A stretch of DNA of 63,665 nt, counting the filler, from Rhabdomonas costata (lineage: Eukaryota), in NCBI GenBank assembly GCA_019059605.1. It is 53 parts of 53 records of this genome, joined end to end, with 100 filler letters (N's around TTAATTAATTAA, not from the genome) between each part and the next. Parts side by side here need not be neighbours in the genome. Positions count along the whole stretch, not along the records: positions 49,331 to 50,433 come from JAHMHO010028470.1; positions 50,534 to 51,636 come from JAHMHO010028471.1; positions 51,737 to 52,839 come from JAHMHO010028472.1; positions 52,940 to 54,042 come from JAHMHO010028473.1; positions 54,143 to 55,245 come from JAHMHO010028474.1; positions 55,346 to 56,448 come from JAHMHO010028475.1; positions 56,549 to 57,651 come from JAHMHO010028476.1; positions 57,752 to 58,854 come from JAHMHO010028477.1; 45 more parts are not named here. One strand, given 5' to 3'. A program made the position numbers and the translations under genes. How positions within the stretch are numbered: the stretch's first letter is position 1; every line of letters starts with the position of its first letter. Of the stretch, positions 49,391 through 61,656 are shown in pieces. A model generated the notes under the pieces. The model worked only from the letters and a program-made list of their open reading frames with translations, had not been told where the DNA came from and did not search any database.

Positions 49391-50422
49391 TTGCCGCTCG
49401 GAAGGCTCGGTGCTTGGGGCTGAGGCTTGTGAAACGAAGACCGCGGAGCCTGCGGAGTCTAATGCTGGGGCTCGGAGGAGCTTCTCGTGCACATACTTCT
49501 GCATCAAAATGAAATGACGCCAAGGAGAGAAAAAATATTTGCCATGGAATAACAATCACACGACACGATACAAAAGCTCGGCCGGATTCAAGAAAAGAGG
49601 GAAGAGCCTGAAGTTGACAGTGGGAAAGCATTTAATTTAACTGCCAAATGCAGAAATCTCGGTCAAAAGCTTATTATTCAAACCCGGGGACGGTGCACCT
49701 GGCACCAAAAAGACTTCATCTCTCACGGCCTTTTCTTCTTGAAAAAATGCGAATCCCTCATACCCTCATACCCAATCCCTCATACCCAATCCCTCATACC
49801 CAATGCATATCCCTCATACCCAGTGAGAAAGCTGCTCCAAGTTCATCCAATCGTCGTGAAATAAGAACTGGCTATTGGTGACGTGCACCTCCTTGACGTC
49901 CAGAAACTGGCGCTCCAGAGTGAAGCTGTCCCTTGCAGGGCGTACCATCGCCTCTTGGTGCAAATAAACCTAAGCGCAATGCATTTGAGAACACCAATAT
50001 GCACGCGTGGGCAGCGCAGTGACCACAAAAGCGCACGGCAGTATCGCTACAAGAGAAGCAGGGAGAAACAACCCTCCCTGGGTCCGTTCGAGAAGGGATT
50101 AGCAACGTTGCGTCGACACAGCCTGAGTTCCTGAGCGCGAAGGGACGTGCATTGAGCGTCCTGGGCCACGGCCAACAACGCAATTCAGCGTGTTTAGGAG
50201 GCGCGTCATCGTGAGATAGTGAGTATAACGAATGAGAGCGCAGAATCAGAAAGGGGAAACAAAGCGGAGGGGAGTGAATCCACAAAACCGCTGTTATTGA
50301 GGACCCCAGTGGCATATGCCAGATACAAACGCAAAAGCAGTGTTAGGGCACCAGAAGTCGCGCACCCGGAGTGGGGCAACTCCTGTCAACGCGGCATAGA
50401 CCCGAAGGTCGAACTTCCGCCC
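49391..50422 (-). CDS. Tubulin-tyrosine ligase-like (TTLL) protein fragment; motif exon 50422-50366, downstream exons uncertain
   Basis: GRKFDLRVYAALTGVAPLR|gtgcgc is the TTL-family KFDLRxY...PLR signature. Confidence 0.7.
49753..49822. repeat. Minisatellite, unit ATCCCTCATACCCA
   Basis: About 5 full or partial tandem copies, read directly. Confidence 0.9.
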
Positions 50423-50660
50423 CCACCACACCCNNNNNNNNNNNNNNNNNNNNNNNNNNNNNNNNNNNNNNNNNNNNTTAATTAATTAANNNNNNNNNNN
50501 NNNNNNNNNNNNNNNNNNNNNNNNNNNNNNNNNTGTGTGTGTGGAGTCTGCTAAAGCAAAAATTCTGGCGGGCAGCCGGCTTTGTTTTCCAGCTATTATA
50601 TTCGGGAATCGCTGGAACTATGAGAGCTCTTTGCACTCGGGCAATGCTCTCCTTTCCTCT

Positions 50661-51173
50661 TCACCCCCACAAAATGAAAGGGTGAGATGCTTTTCTCGAT
50701 CTTCTGCACCCCTCTCCTAATTCATAAAAAGTTTGCTTGTTTTGGCGGGGAGGTATGGCTCGACCACCCTCCCTCGCACTGAAAGACGGGGTGGAAAGAT
50801 AAAGAATGACTGAATGTTCATCATTCTCCTCTTCCTCCTCCTCCTCGGGACATCGCGAACGGCTGGAACGCCAACAACCAGAATCGAAGAACTGCTGGGA
50901 GAGAGAGACCAGTGTGTAGGGGAAGGACAGCGCGGCTGACGCTGCCGTAGGATCCCATGTTGAGGCGAGCAAGTCCCCTGGTGCAGCACCAGTGCTGCCC
51001 CCTCCCAAGCCTCCCAGCGCGGGAGACGCGGCGGAGTGCACGGCCACCGACGACGGGGTGGCTACCCCGGCGGAGAACGAAGAGTCGGCTTGAGTGCCAT
51101 TCTCAGCGGCAGAAGCAGGGGAAGCGAGAGGATAGTGGACAGGCGCACCGAAAGGAAAAAGGGACTCCGCCAT
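50661..51173 (-). CDS. Hypothetical low-complexity protein, first exon or whole ORF
   Basis: ATG after a poly-T tract; MAESLFPFGAPVHYPLASPASAAENG...PEEEEEEENDE. The 3' end is uncertain. Confidence 0.5.
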   Translation of the reverse strand: MAESLFPFGAPVHYPLASPASAAENGTQADSSFSAGVATPSSVAVHSAASPALGGLGGGSTGAAPGDLLASTWDPTAASAALSFPYTLVSLSQQFFDSGCWRSSRSRCPEEEEEEENDEHSVILYLSTPSFSAREGGRAIPPRQNKQTFYELGEGCRRSRKASHPFILWG

Positions 51174-51987
51174 TAACAAAAAAGCAAAAAAAAAAACGAA
51201 CAAATTCAAAGCACTCTTGATGAGCAGACAGTAACTTCTATGGCACGCACTCAGCCACGGGGAATTCAGAGCCCCACATTTCCCTCCCATAGTTTTTCCC
51301 AGCCCAGCAAGGCGAGTTGAGGCGACGGCTGAAGTTTGCCTCACTTTACAGCGGCCCCGATAGAGCCCGTTTTGTGCACTCCCACTGCACACAGCAGCCC
51401 AAGTCCCGCATTAAAGCTTGCTTAAACAGGCATCCTGATATGGGCCAGTCAAGTGGCTGAGGGCCACCAAGCATCAGTCGTAGAGTTCTTCACAACTCGT
51501 TGGTTAAAAAATGGCTTACAAAGTTCGCACACGGCGTGCATGAACACAAAAACAACATTTTGAGCATCAATGACAGTGGAGAGGGAAAAAACTAGCGACT
51601 CGGAAGGAGACTCCACCCCCACACCAAAACACACACNNNNNNNNNNNNNNNNNNNNNNNNNNNNNNNNNNNNNNNNNNNNTTAATTAATTAANNNNNNNN
51701 NNNNNNNNNNNNNNNNNNNNNNNNNNNNNNNNNNNNTGTAGTTTGTCATTGAAAGAGATGGATGGTGGGCTTCTCTTGCCGTGGTGGTGGTAGTCGTGGT
51801 GGTGGGTTAGCTTATGTAAGATGCTGCTGCCTTTGTCTCTTCAACGGCGGCAGCTCTGTATTTTGTATCCCTTGCTGGTTGAATTCTGGTGAGAATAGAG
51901 GACACTCCCCGAAACGCGCCACTGCGACTAAACTTGACGGCCCTCTAGTCAAGAGGTGTATTCACTTGCCCAACCCCCTCCGGTCAG

Positions 51988-52832
51988 AGCGTTCCCAGGA
52001 TGCTGGACCTGCTCCGCAATGTTTCGGCAGCGGTGGGGGACGATCACCCGGTGGCTGTGGGGGAGCGCTATGGCTATGGCTTCCCGCGCTCCTACCGCGG
52101 CAGGGGAGGGTGTGTACAAGTGTTTGTCTGTATCGACTCTTGATGAACGTCGACGAACTGGAATTTTGAGTGACGAGCTTGAGTGGATGGATAAATTTTT
52201 AAGGAGAGGTCAGGCTACAGTTGTTGCTGCCCCGACGCAATGTTCCTGTGCCTCCAGAATGGACACACGAGATCCTCAAAATACATTGTGCAAACCTTCG
52301 TCTCTCAGCAGGTTTCCGTTTCCTAGTTCCCACCACTGTGGAACTTCTGCGTGAAAGCTTCCGCCGCCGCACGCGATTCGTAAAGCTAGACGCGCAACAC
52401 CGCATTATGCGTTGGCTTGGACAAGATGAAATCGGTGTCGTCGCACTCTGCTCACGTGCGCAGATGCCTTTGCCCGTGTTCTGCTTTGTTCTTCTTCACG
52501 AGTGGAAGGGAAGGGAAGCGTGGCGTGAACATCAGCATACAGACACACCACACCCAGCACTCCCAACGGTACCACACCCGCATACTCATGCATGCATAAA
52601 TGAGCATACACACATTGCGCATCACGCATTAGCCAGAGCGCTATGTCTTCAACGCACGCACTCCCTCAGGTACAACTACCCCACCGGGGGCAGTGGGATG
52701 GTCCTGAGCCGCACCGCCCTCGCCGTGGTGGCACCAGTGTTTGAATGCAGATCGGGGCGGGACGACAACCCCGACGATATGGAGCTTGGGATACGCCTGC
52801 AGCAGGCTCGGGTGCCTCTGCTGCACTACCCC
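51988..52832 (+). CDS. GT31 Fringe-like glycosyltransferase, B3GLCT (beta-1,3-glucosyltransferase)-like; exons 51988-52109 and 52670-contig end
   Basis: SVPRMLDLL...PVAVGERYGYG...GG|YNYPTGGSGMVLSRTAL...C...DNPDDMELG..L....VPLLHYP reproduces the B3GLCT motifs GERYGYG, YxYxTGGxGMVxSR and PDDMxLG. Confidence 0.88.
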
Positions 52833-54309
52833 ACAAACANNNNNNNNNNNNNNNNNNNNNNNNNNNNNNNNNNNNNNNNNNNNTTAATTAATTAANNNNN
52901 NNNNNNNNNNNNNNNNNNNNNNNNNNNNNNNNNNNNNNNGGTCTAGTACGTAGGTGGTGTGGTTGGAGTGGTTGGCGTGGTTGGGCTTAGTGGGTGTGGG
53001 CTGTCGGTGTGGGTGTCGGTGTCGCGGTTGGGGTGGGTGTACTTGGTGATGGGTTGCGTGGTGTCGTTGATGTCGTTTGGTTAGGTAATGGTGGCGTTGT
53101 TGGTGTCGTTGGGTGGGTCCGTGAGGTGTGGTTTTGTGGCTTTGGATGGTGTGGGTATGTGGGATGTGTGGGCATTTTGTCTGTGATCTTTGTGTCTGAT
53201 TTCGTGTGTAGGGTTCATCTTTCTGTTGCGGGTTCGCTTCTCCCTCTCGCATACTTGCTGTAGGCTATTCCGTCATGAGTAAGGTGTCCGGTGTTGTGTT
53301 ATTTCGTGTTTCTGTCTCAGGTGTCATCATCAGGTGCTTATCACTGCTTTTTTCCGTTGGCATTCCTTCATCCGCGAGAGGTGTGATGTCCCAGACGCCG
53401 CTGTCTAGTTCCATCCGTAGCAGAAGCTGTTAAGATCTGTCTTGATTATATGGTACGCCTGGATTTACGGGAATATACGGATGCCACAAATACCTGGTTA
53501 ACAGAGGTCATACAGTAACCGATGATGCAACGACACACAAGCCTATGCACTGAAGCCGACCATAGATACGTGGGGTGAGCCGTGCCTTAACCCTTAGGGG
53601 CTCTGCTTTCATGGACCCGCAATTGGGCAGTGCTGGTCCCTCACGTACGGTAACGCTCTAGTGTATCACACCTATTCATTGACCACCACATGACTGACTA
53701 TCGGAATCACTGGGAGTCGTGGGATGGAGTCGTTACCACTACCCACACAAATGGTAGGCTGTGACAGAACCATCATAGCGTGGAGTGTAAAACCTTTGAC
53801 TCCGGTACCCACCAGTTGGGATGGAGCCCAACATCCAACCAGACCGTATAAGCCACCGGTACCGGAGACAACTCCAACACCCCAAACACCACCCACCCCA
53901 GCAGCCCAAACTCATCACCGTTGATGTTGCCGCTTCAAACCCGCGGCGGGGACGCAAAGCATACCTTCAAGTGGTGGCACCATCAACGCTTAGCATTCCC
54001 AACGTTGATGGTGCCACACCCGGAATGATTTACCCTAACACANNNNNNNNNNNNNNNNNNNNNNNNNNNNNNNNNNNNNNNNNNNNTTAATTAATTAANN
54101 NNNNNNNNNNNNNNNNNNNNNNNNNNNNNNNNNNNNNNNNNNGGTGGGGGGTTGAAAACGGAATGCACACGTTCTTTTTGTAAAGTGGCCAACGCGTGTA
54201 CAACTTTGCAGCGAGTTGGTCACGCGTTGAGTTTGTTGTTCTGATGCCTGCCCATTATGGGCCGCTATGCAAGACTGGGGTTTGTCGGCCCACTTTCGTT
54301 TCATCAAGG

Positions 54310-54559
54310 CAGAATCATTTGCGGTTATCACTCCAGTCGGCGACCTCCTATGGCGAGGGCGCTGCGAACATGTGTGGGCTTGTGTGTATGTGTGTGTGTG
54401 TGTGTGTTCGTGCGCACGCACCATTTTGCAGGACGACTGAGGTTGAGTGGAGCGCGAGACTGACCCAGACCACCCAGGCCACAGAGGCCTTGACTTCTGA
54501 GAAGGCTGCCCTGGAGGCGGAAGTGAGCGCCCTTAAAAGCAGTGCTCTCGATATACAGA
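54310..54559 (+). CDS. Coiled-coil protein exons
   Basis: QNHLRLSLQSATSYGEGAANM|TTEVEWSARLTQTTQATEALTSEKAALEAEVSALKSSALDIQ shows a heptad pattern. Phase-2 GT-AG intron containing (TG)n. Confidence 0.6.
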
Positions 54560-57500
54560 GGTGTCTGGGGGTGCTATTTTACATGCTTGGCTGTTTTGAT
54601 AAGGATTTTGGAATGGCCCTGAATTTGAGACCACGTCCACGTTTATTTCAATCTCATCCATCACTCATCTAAGTGATTCCCCCTCCCACCCGTATCCGAG
54701 AAATCCTGCAAAAAAAAATCCAGAAATCCTGCAAAAGGCGTTTCGATTGGAGATCTTTACTCCCCCACGCAATACTCACAAACCCTTCGCTATGATACAC
54801 CCTCATCTCCTTCGACTGCAATATTTCTTAAGTGTGTTCGAGTTCCTACACACGCAAGCGCGCGCGAAGACAAGAAAACCAAAGGGGGACTTTGCCAGCG
54901 AAACAAACCTGCGCATGACAGCAACAGTGAAGTGCGTCAGGCGCAGTGGCCTTCTGTCCCCGGTCCATACCCAAGAGCAGTTGCGTTTTCGCGTGTCAGG
55001 TTTCCAAAACTATTTCCTCTTCTTTCTTATCTCTGTCGTATAGCCAACGCTGCAACCGCGTTCTTTCGCGCTGTTCATTCGTGGGCTGAAGTCATGCTCG
55101 GGGAGGGGGGGGTCCTGAAGTCCTACAGCCACAGAAAGCGACGTGGAGAAAGAGAGAAGCAAAAAGCTACTGGTGTTACATAGAGTCATCGGAGGACCAG
55201 CATGTATGGAGGAACAGGAATGGAAAAGCCCAAGTCCCTTCACCCNNNNNNNNNNNNNNNNNNNNNNNNNNNNNNNNNNNNNNNNNNNNTTAATTAATTA
55301 ANNNNNNNNNNNNNNNNNNNNNNNNNNNNNNNNNNNNNNNNNNNNGTGGGTTTGTTGAAAAGCCGTTGATCATTACTTGACCTTTGCTGGACTTTTGGTT
55401 TACTTGCCTTTCGCAATGTCCTCGTTATCGCCAAGTGGCTGCTGTCTCGGAATTTTAGGACATTGGAACCGATACTGGCGCCTTCGGCACCCAAGCGCCC
55501 CCGGACGGAGTCATCACAGGCAAAGTTCTGTCAATGCAAAACCCTGCGCACAATGTTTGCGACCGTTTCGAAGCACGGGTCGAGCAGAGCAGAGCGGACA
55601 TCATCGCGCCTGCTGCGCCTTCTCCTGCTTTGTTAACTGCCGCCTTCCACCGCCTTCGCTTCCAGCATCTGCTCAAAAATCCCAGATTATAAACGGATTC
55701 TTTCGGAAACGTTGGTTTTCGGGGTCCCGGAGAAAGCAACGGGAGGAAAGGCAGAAAGAGCTGTTTCTATTTTAAAAACCAGACAAAACCGTAAAAAAAA
55801 AAGGGCAGGAAGGAAAATGGGCGAAAGGTTTGGGACAAAAAAGACGACAGCGCACAAAGGACGAAACCAACAGACACAAAGAACGTAATGGGCTTGGTGG
55901 CGCAAGAGCAATACAGATTTTTATTGTTAGTGGTTGCGCAGCGACCACGGGGTTTTTGCAGTATTTGTGTGCCATGTGTCTTTTTCCCTTCGCTTGAAAT
56001 AAGGTTTGGACCCTTGGTTTATCGCACCCTCCTGGCGTGCGTGTTTTTCCGGGCTTCGTCTTTCCGGCTTCTGTGTTTGTTCTCCCCGTGCGTTGCTGTG
56101 GCGGGCTTTGGCCTTTTCTCGCCGCCCGCGCCTTGGCGCGAGACCTGCGGCCTAAACTACAGACACTCGGCACCAGAGCACGGGGCGCGTGCAGTTAGGG
56201 GGCCGAGCTCTCATTGCGGCAACGGTAACGGTGGAACAGCTCCTTCAGGAAGGTATCCGCTTCTGACTCTCAGCCAGTTGTGTTTCCTCCGAAGACATAG
56301 AATCCCATGCGGCTGCGCAAGGGCCTGCGCACAGGGATACTTTCTGCGCACCGGAGGGCAAGCCAAAGTTCGCCTCAGGTTGCAACTCGGCTTGGAAGGC
56401 GTGATTTTGGTCCTTGTCGTATCCAGCACTTTCCGTCCCCCACCACCCNNNNNNNNNNNNNNNNNNNNNNNNNNNNNNNNNNNNNNNNNNNNTTAATTAA
56501 TTAANNNNNNNNNNNNNNNNNNNNNNNNNNNNNNNNNNNNNNNNNNNNTGTGGGTGGGCCGACGCACTGGCCCAGCGCGATGGGGCGCACCCCAGATGGC
56601 TTCTTGGCCAGGGGGTTCGGCCACGCACCACAAAAGATGTCACGCTGGTCGATGGGCAAATTGTTTTGACAAACTCCGAGGAGAAGGATGCAAGCACCTC
56701 GTGGAAGTTTCGAGCCTCAGGACCAAGCGGAATGTGAGCAGCCATGAGCCCCAAAGAGCCTATCCGAGGGAAGGTTTTCAAGGCAAAGGTGACCCACCGA
56801 ACCTTTGTGAGGCTCCCCGTTTTTGAGAGCAAGCCATGTTGTTTCATCTCGAAAAAAGCATTGTCCAAAGACTTTTTCTGACGTTTTTCTGACGAATACA
56901 ATTTTCAGTTTAGAACTGCACATAGTGCCCCTTGTTTTGTTTCTTCGTTCGCACTGTTTTTCCTTTCTATTCATTCTTGAAAATTTCTTTGGTGACCCCA
57001 CGCAGCACATGTCGTTGTGTTCAGTCTGCTTTTCGTGTAAATCATTGCTGGTTTTCATTGCATTTCTTCTCGTAAAAGCTGTTTTGGTGCTGACCCCTGC
57101 AACTGCAAGTGCTTCTTGGAAGGATGTAAACACGAAGACGCCCTTCTGCTTGACAATCCTATCAACTCAATATGCATAAACCTTGTATGAGTCCTTTGTT
57201 CGATAATGCGGCTCACTCCAAGAAAATTATAACGGTACGGGAGGGGAACACTTTCATGAACGGGGGAGGTGACCCTCCTAGGACAGGTTATTTTAGAATC
57301 ACGGGGTTAACCCAGGTTCCCCCAAGGAGGGGTTATTTGACGGTGATGCTCCAGATCTGTGACAGACCTGGGACGCCCTCCTCCCCCGGGCTCGCGCAAG
57401 AAAGGAGAGGGTAGGCTGATCCCAAGCGAGCCTCACACAGGACAAACGTTACATTGTAGCGGCTCACGCACTCATACACACACGCACAGGGGCGAACCCC

Positions 57501-58124
57501 GAAGAAGGGTTGAGGGACTCTCACTCCGAGAACACAGCTCGCTCCCGATGAACCACCCAAAGGCAGAATCCCGCAAGGGAAAAGCGCGCTTGCATACGGA
57601 TAGGGGGTGCACACACATGCACTAAGTGACAAGTATTGTAACACAAACAAANNNNNNNNNNNNNNNNNNNNNNNNNNNNNNNNNNNNNNNNNNNNTTAAT
57701 TAATTAANNNNNNNNNNNNNNNNNNNNNNNNNNNNNNNNNNNNNNNNNNNNACCTCGTTGATTTCCTGAAAATATTGACAAGACCTTCACAGAGATAGGG
57801 AGGCATGACGTACAGAACACCATCAGAACCATTGAGCGCCGCGTACGAGTGCGTGAGTAAAGAAAAAAGTATCGGTAATAAGAGAAAAGAAACAGAAAAA
57901 GAAAAAAATGGAAGAGAAATGCCGTTAGGATAAAAATGCCTGAACAGATCGACAACACAAGGAATGAAATATTTGATCAAGGCAAAAAAAGTTTATCGAA
58001 AACATTCGTTCGAAAACGCCGTTTATGAATTAATTAACTTCTGATCAGATGTCTAAACGTTTTTTAAAAGTAAGGAAAGGAAAAACAAGAACTTTGCATA
58101 GACAGAGTAAATTGAAGAACGCAC

Positions 58125-58443
58125 CAGAACAGGGCAGCGCTGTGGGCCAAGGCGAGGCTTCGCAGCGGATGCCAAAATGTGCAGGCAGCGCACACCACCA
58201 GAGTGACCAGCACCTGTGCCGTCTACAAAAGAAAGATGGTACCGTGGGCATTTCAAAATCTTTCATCACAAGACACACTATAGCATCTGTCGCAACGAAA
58301 GAAGCGCGGAAGGGGGGCTGTTGGGCTGTAGGGCACCAGAATGCCGTAAACCCTCCGCAGAAACGCCAGCCTGAGGAAGCCATGTCTCTCGGCTCCAGCA
58401 GCCAGAAGGAGCGAGGACTCGTCCTCCTCATTGTAAGAGTTCT
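58125..58443 (-). CDS. Bax inhibitor-1/Lifeguard (TMBIM, GAAP/TMBIM4-like) protein, exons 58443-58337 and 58222-58125
   Basis: LRLAFLRRVYGIL|TAQVLVTLVVCAACTFWHPLR matches the TMBIM motif 'RxAFLRKVYxILxxQ'. Confidence 0.85.
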
Positions 58444-59268
58444 CTGAGAAAAACAAGAGAATTTCGCAGGTTGCAGTTGGTTAACTGCGTGACACAAAAA
58501 TCACCTTTGTTAGTTTTGGTGGGTTGCACAGAATTCACCAAAACCGGTGAATGTCGTTGTTATCTGGCGAGTTGACATGTATCTGGGGCTTCAATTTTGC
58601 CTCTGGTCTGCAAGGTTTAAGAGGCCCCGCTTATAGTTTTATTCTCTTTATTTACTCTTTTTTTTTCACAATGAACGGTAAACTGCTGCTTTTTCGAGCG
58701 GAGCAGGAACACGCACAATAAAATATTTCTCCACTTCTGCTAATAAAATTGAATCCAAAGTGCGTAAATGCCACACCGCAGAGCAGATTTTAGCATAGCA
58801 AGCACACCGACGTCCCCTTTCTGTGGTTCAACTGAAGAAGAAACCCCCAAAACANNNNNNNNNNNNNNNNNNNNNNNNNNNNNNNNNNNNNNNNNNNNTT
58901 AATTAATTAANNNNNNNNNNNNNNNNNNNNNNNNNNNNNNNNNNNNNNNNNNNNAAGTGACAGAATTAGAAAACATGAGAGCTACAGTAAACAGCCTGGC
59001 GCAGGCATGGAGAAGCAAGCACAGCTTCGGAAACACTGTCAGGTGGATGCCCAACGCTGCCAACCAACCCACAACAACGCCGATGGCTTTCCGCAAATGC
59101 CTTTGAAATCGGGCCACAGGAACACCCTAGGATACAGGATAGAGAGAGACACCGGGTGGGACCAGCTTCACGAGAACGCAGGATATGACTCGAGCAAGCA
59201 ACCCACTCACTCATTCTTTAAACCTTCCTCCCACACATGAAGCGTGCGCACGCACATTTGCTGCGCAG

Positions 59269-60057
59269 CCCCCACTTGTGGAAACACCGGCTTCACCTGC
59301 CCCTCGGGCTACACGTTGGGTTCCACGAGTACTGTGTGCGCCACTTCGAACTGCAGCGTGACGGACTGCTGTTCAGGTTTGCCGTTTTTTCACGCACGAA
59401 TGTACTTTGTCTTGGCTGTGCCAAAACGCGAACACTTATCCACCTCATAGCGATTTGGAGGGTGTAAATGCCATGCGATCCTCACTAGACGTGGTCTGTG
59501 AAGCATCACGAAAAGGAAAGCAGAAACATGTAAACGTCGGCGTAACTCGAGGGACGAGGTCGCTTGACCTAAGTGTGGCTGTGCTTTCGACCTTAATTTT
59601 GGATTTTGGAATCCTTTGAGTTTTTCCATAGTATAATCCATAATGGCGTGGTATCTGGACAGCAGGTTGGCTTGATTCGTTTTTATGTGTTTTTCATATC
59701 AGTCGTCAGTTGTGTTTGCAATTGCAACAAAAATTTCTGGTTATCGAATATAATTTCTACCGCGATGAACTCGCAGAGTTGGGGCCATTGCCTCAACTTC
59801 CCACCATGCTTTCAACGTGGGACTGGCGCCGCTCAAACGCTGCCGATAAATATCTATACTGGCGTGACTGGCCTTCGCTGCCTCAGTGGGACTTAGGCGG
59901 GGACTTGGCCTAGGTGGTACTTGGAAGCCATAGCTGTGTGACCGAGGTCCTGATGTTCGGTTACAGTCGTCACTTTTCTCCCTCTCTGTCGTCCGCCCTG
60001 TCCTCAGAGAATCCGATATGTGTGGACACGCCTTGCCCTTCGGGGTACACACCCCCA
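59269..60057 (+). CDS. Cys-rich repeat protein, exons 59269-59376 and 60008-contig end
   Basis: Phase-1 exons PTCGNTGFTCPSGYTLGSTSTVCATSNCSVTDCCS and NPICVDTPCPSGY.. Confidence 0.85.
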
Positions 60058-60910
60058 NNNNNNNNNNNNNNNNNNNNNNNNNNNNNNNNNNNNNNNNNNN
60101 NTTAATTAATTAANNNNNNNNNNNNNNNNNNNNNNNNNNNNNNNNNNNNNNNNNNNNACCTTCGACCACTGGCACAGGCGTCATGTTTTGTCCGCCTTGT
60201 ACCTTAATTTGGTGTGCGGCTTGCCGTTTCCTAATCAATTTAAAACTGTGCCCCATTCAATTCATGTCGTCAATTCATGTCGTCTTGTCTGCCACACACT
60301 GGCGCAAGGCGTTTGCACGAAGCTGTGTCGGCAAGTTGGGTGATGGTGACTCGAAGGAATTCCAAAATGACACAAAAAATGGCACCAGTGCGGCAGGAAG
60401 GCACAGCAATGTCAGGCCACTAGCAACCCGCGCTGGAAACGAAACATGCAGAGGAGCACCAGGGCTACCACACTGAGCCCACTTCATTAAATCATTCGTC
60501 AAGGAGCATTAAACCCGCAAGGATGTAGAGTAAGGTTGACATAGAGGACAATGAGCTGTCGGCGACTTAAAAAACACATTGTGTGTGCGTGTGCGGGGGA
60601 GGTGAAGTCAAAAACGCGCGACAAGTTTACTGCGAGCAGCAGAGCGCAAGATGGGTCAACCAAAATGTACGTAAACAAATCGACGCGACGCAATACCAAA
60701 CTGTCCATAATGCTATGATAACACCAAAGAAAAGGGTACCGCCATCCGTATTGGTTTCCGAAAAGAAGGGCGCAAATGAAAAAAGGTGGACAAAGAAAAA
60801 TTCTACTGGGATTGGCCATCACCCACCTGATGTGGTCAGCCCTTGCTCCCAAAACAGAACTAACATGAATGTCAGTGTCGTCCTCGGCATGGGCGGAGTC
60901 TATGGGAGCC

Positions 60911-61093
60911 TCATTTGTGCTCCAGATGGATCACCCCATCCCAGGGCTTTGTTCGGGCGCTGCTCCCCAGAAGGCTCTCTTCGCACAAGGAGAGCAGCAG
61001 CGCGGAGGGGCCGTCACAGGGGTTGGCCTGAAGGGCCGCCTGGAACCACTTCTGGGCTTGATCGAGACTCCCTTTGGTAAACTCGTTGAGCCC
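60911..61093 (-). CDS. Terminal exon of a bacterial-type adenylate cyclase (TPR-like tail)
   Basis: GLNEFTKGSLDQAQKWFQAALQANPCDGPSALLLSLC...PWDGVIHLEHK* matches the 'A...F..AL...P.DGPS......C...WDGV..L..K' tail of many class III cyclases. Confidence 0.8.
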   Translation of the reverse strand, partial: GLNEFTKGSLDQAQKWFQAALQANPCDGPSALLLSLCEESLLGSSARTKPWDGVIHLEHK

Positions 61094-61553
61094 CTGAGGG
61101 TGAGGGAATAGCAGGAAATTACCAAAGGCCACAACACACACACACACACACACTTGGTGCACTTGGCAAGGATGAGTTTTTTCTGGGGAGGACTCGAGGT
61201 CCACTTCCCCACTGGGCTCCCACCTTTCGATGGGGCATGGGCCCATCGGGCCTCACACCCNNNNNNNNNNNNNNNNNNNNNNNNNNNNNNNNNNNNNNNN
61301 NNNNTTAATTAATTAANNNNNNNNNNNNNNNNNNNNNNNNNNNNNNNNNNNNNNNNNNNNGGTGGTGTGGTTTTGGTTTTTTTGGTGGATGGCGGATGGT
61401 GGGGTGGGATACAGAGCAATATTTTTTGGAGGATGGAGAGCGGGAGAGCGTAGGTTTCAGTGTGAAGGCTACGTCAGGAAAAGAGGGCACGGAGAACAGC
61501 GATGTGCAGATGCAAAACATTAGGTAATTCAGACACAACCCCATCAGGCACAC

Positions 61554-61656
61554 CAGTGTCCATCTGGAGCCTGACCTTCACCACATCCACGGGGTTGCTC
61601 ACACAGATTGCCAGGCAGTCGGCCAGACTGCCCGCCAGCATCTTCGCGGGGTCCAC
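61554..61656 (-). CDS. Mitochondrial carrier (SLC25) exon
   Basis: KMLAGSLADCLAICVSNPVDVVKVRLQ contains the PxDxxKxRxQ signature and is bounded by AG/GT. Confidence 0.88.

Noticed and set aside
56195..56312. Minus-strand YVFGGNTTG-TGA-ESEADTF resembling a selenocysteine peroxiredoxin motif
   Set aside because: The frame ends ~25 codons later, no SECIS is evident, and the pyrimidine tract and splice signals favour plus-strand exons.
57261..57388. 9-bp inverted repeat CGGGGGAGG around ~110 nt
   Set aside because: Too short and low-complexity, with no TSD or second copy.
58029..58037. Internal TTAATTAA resembling the spacer
   Set aside because: It has no flanking Ns; a chance PacI site in an AT-rich intron.
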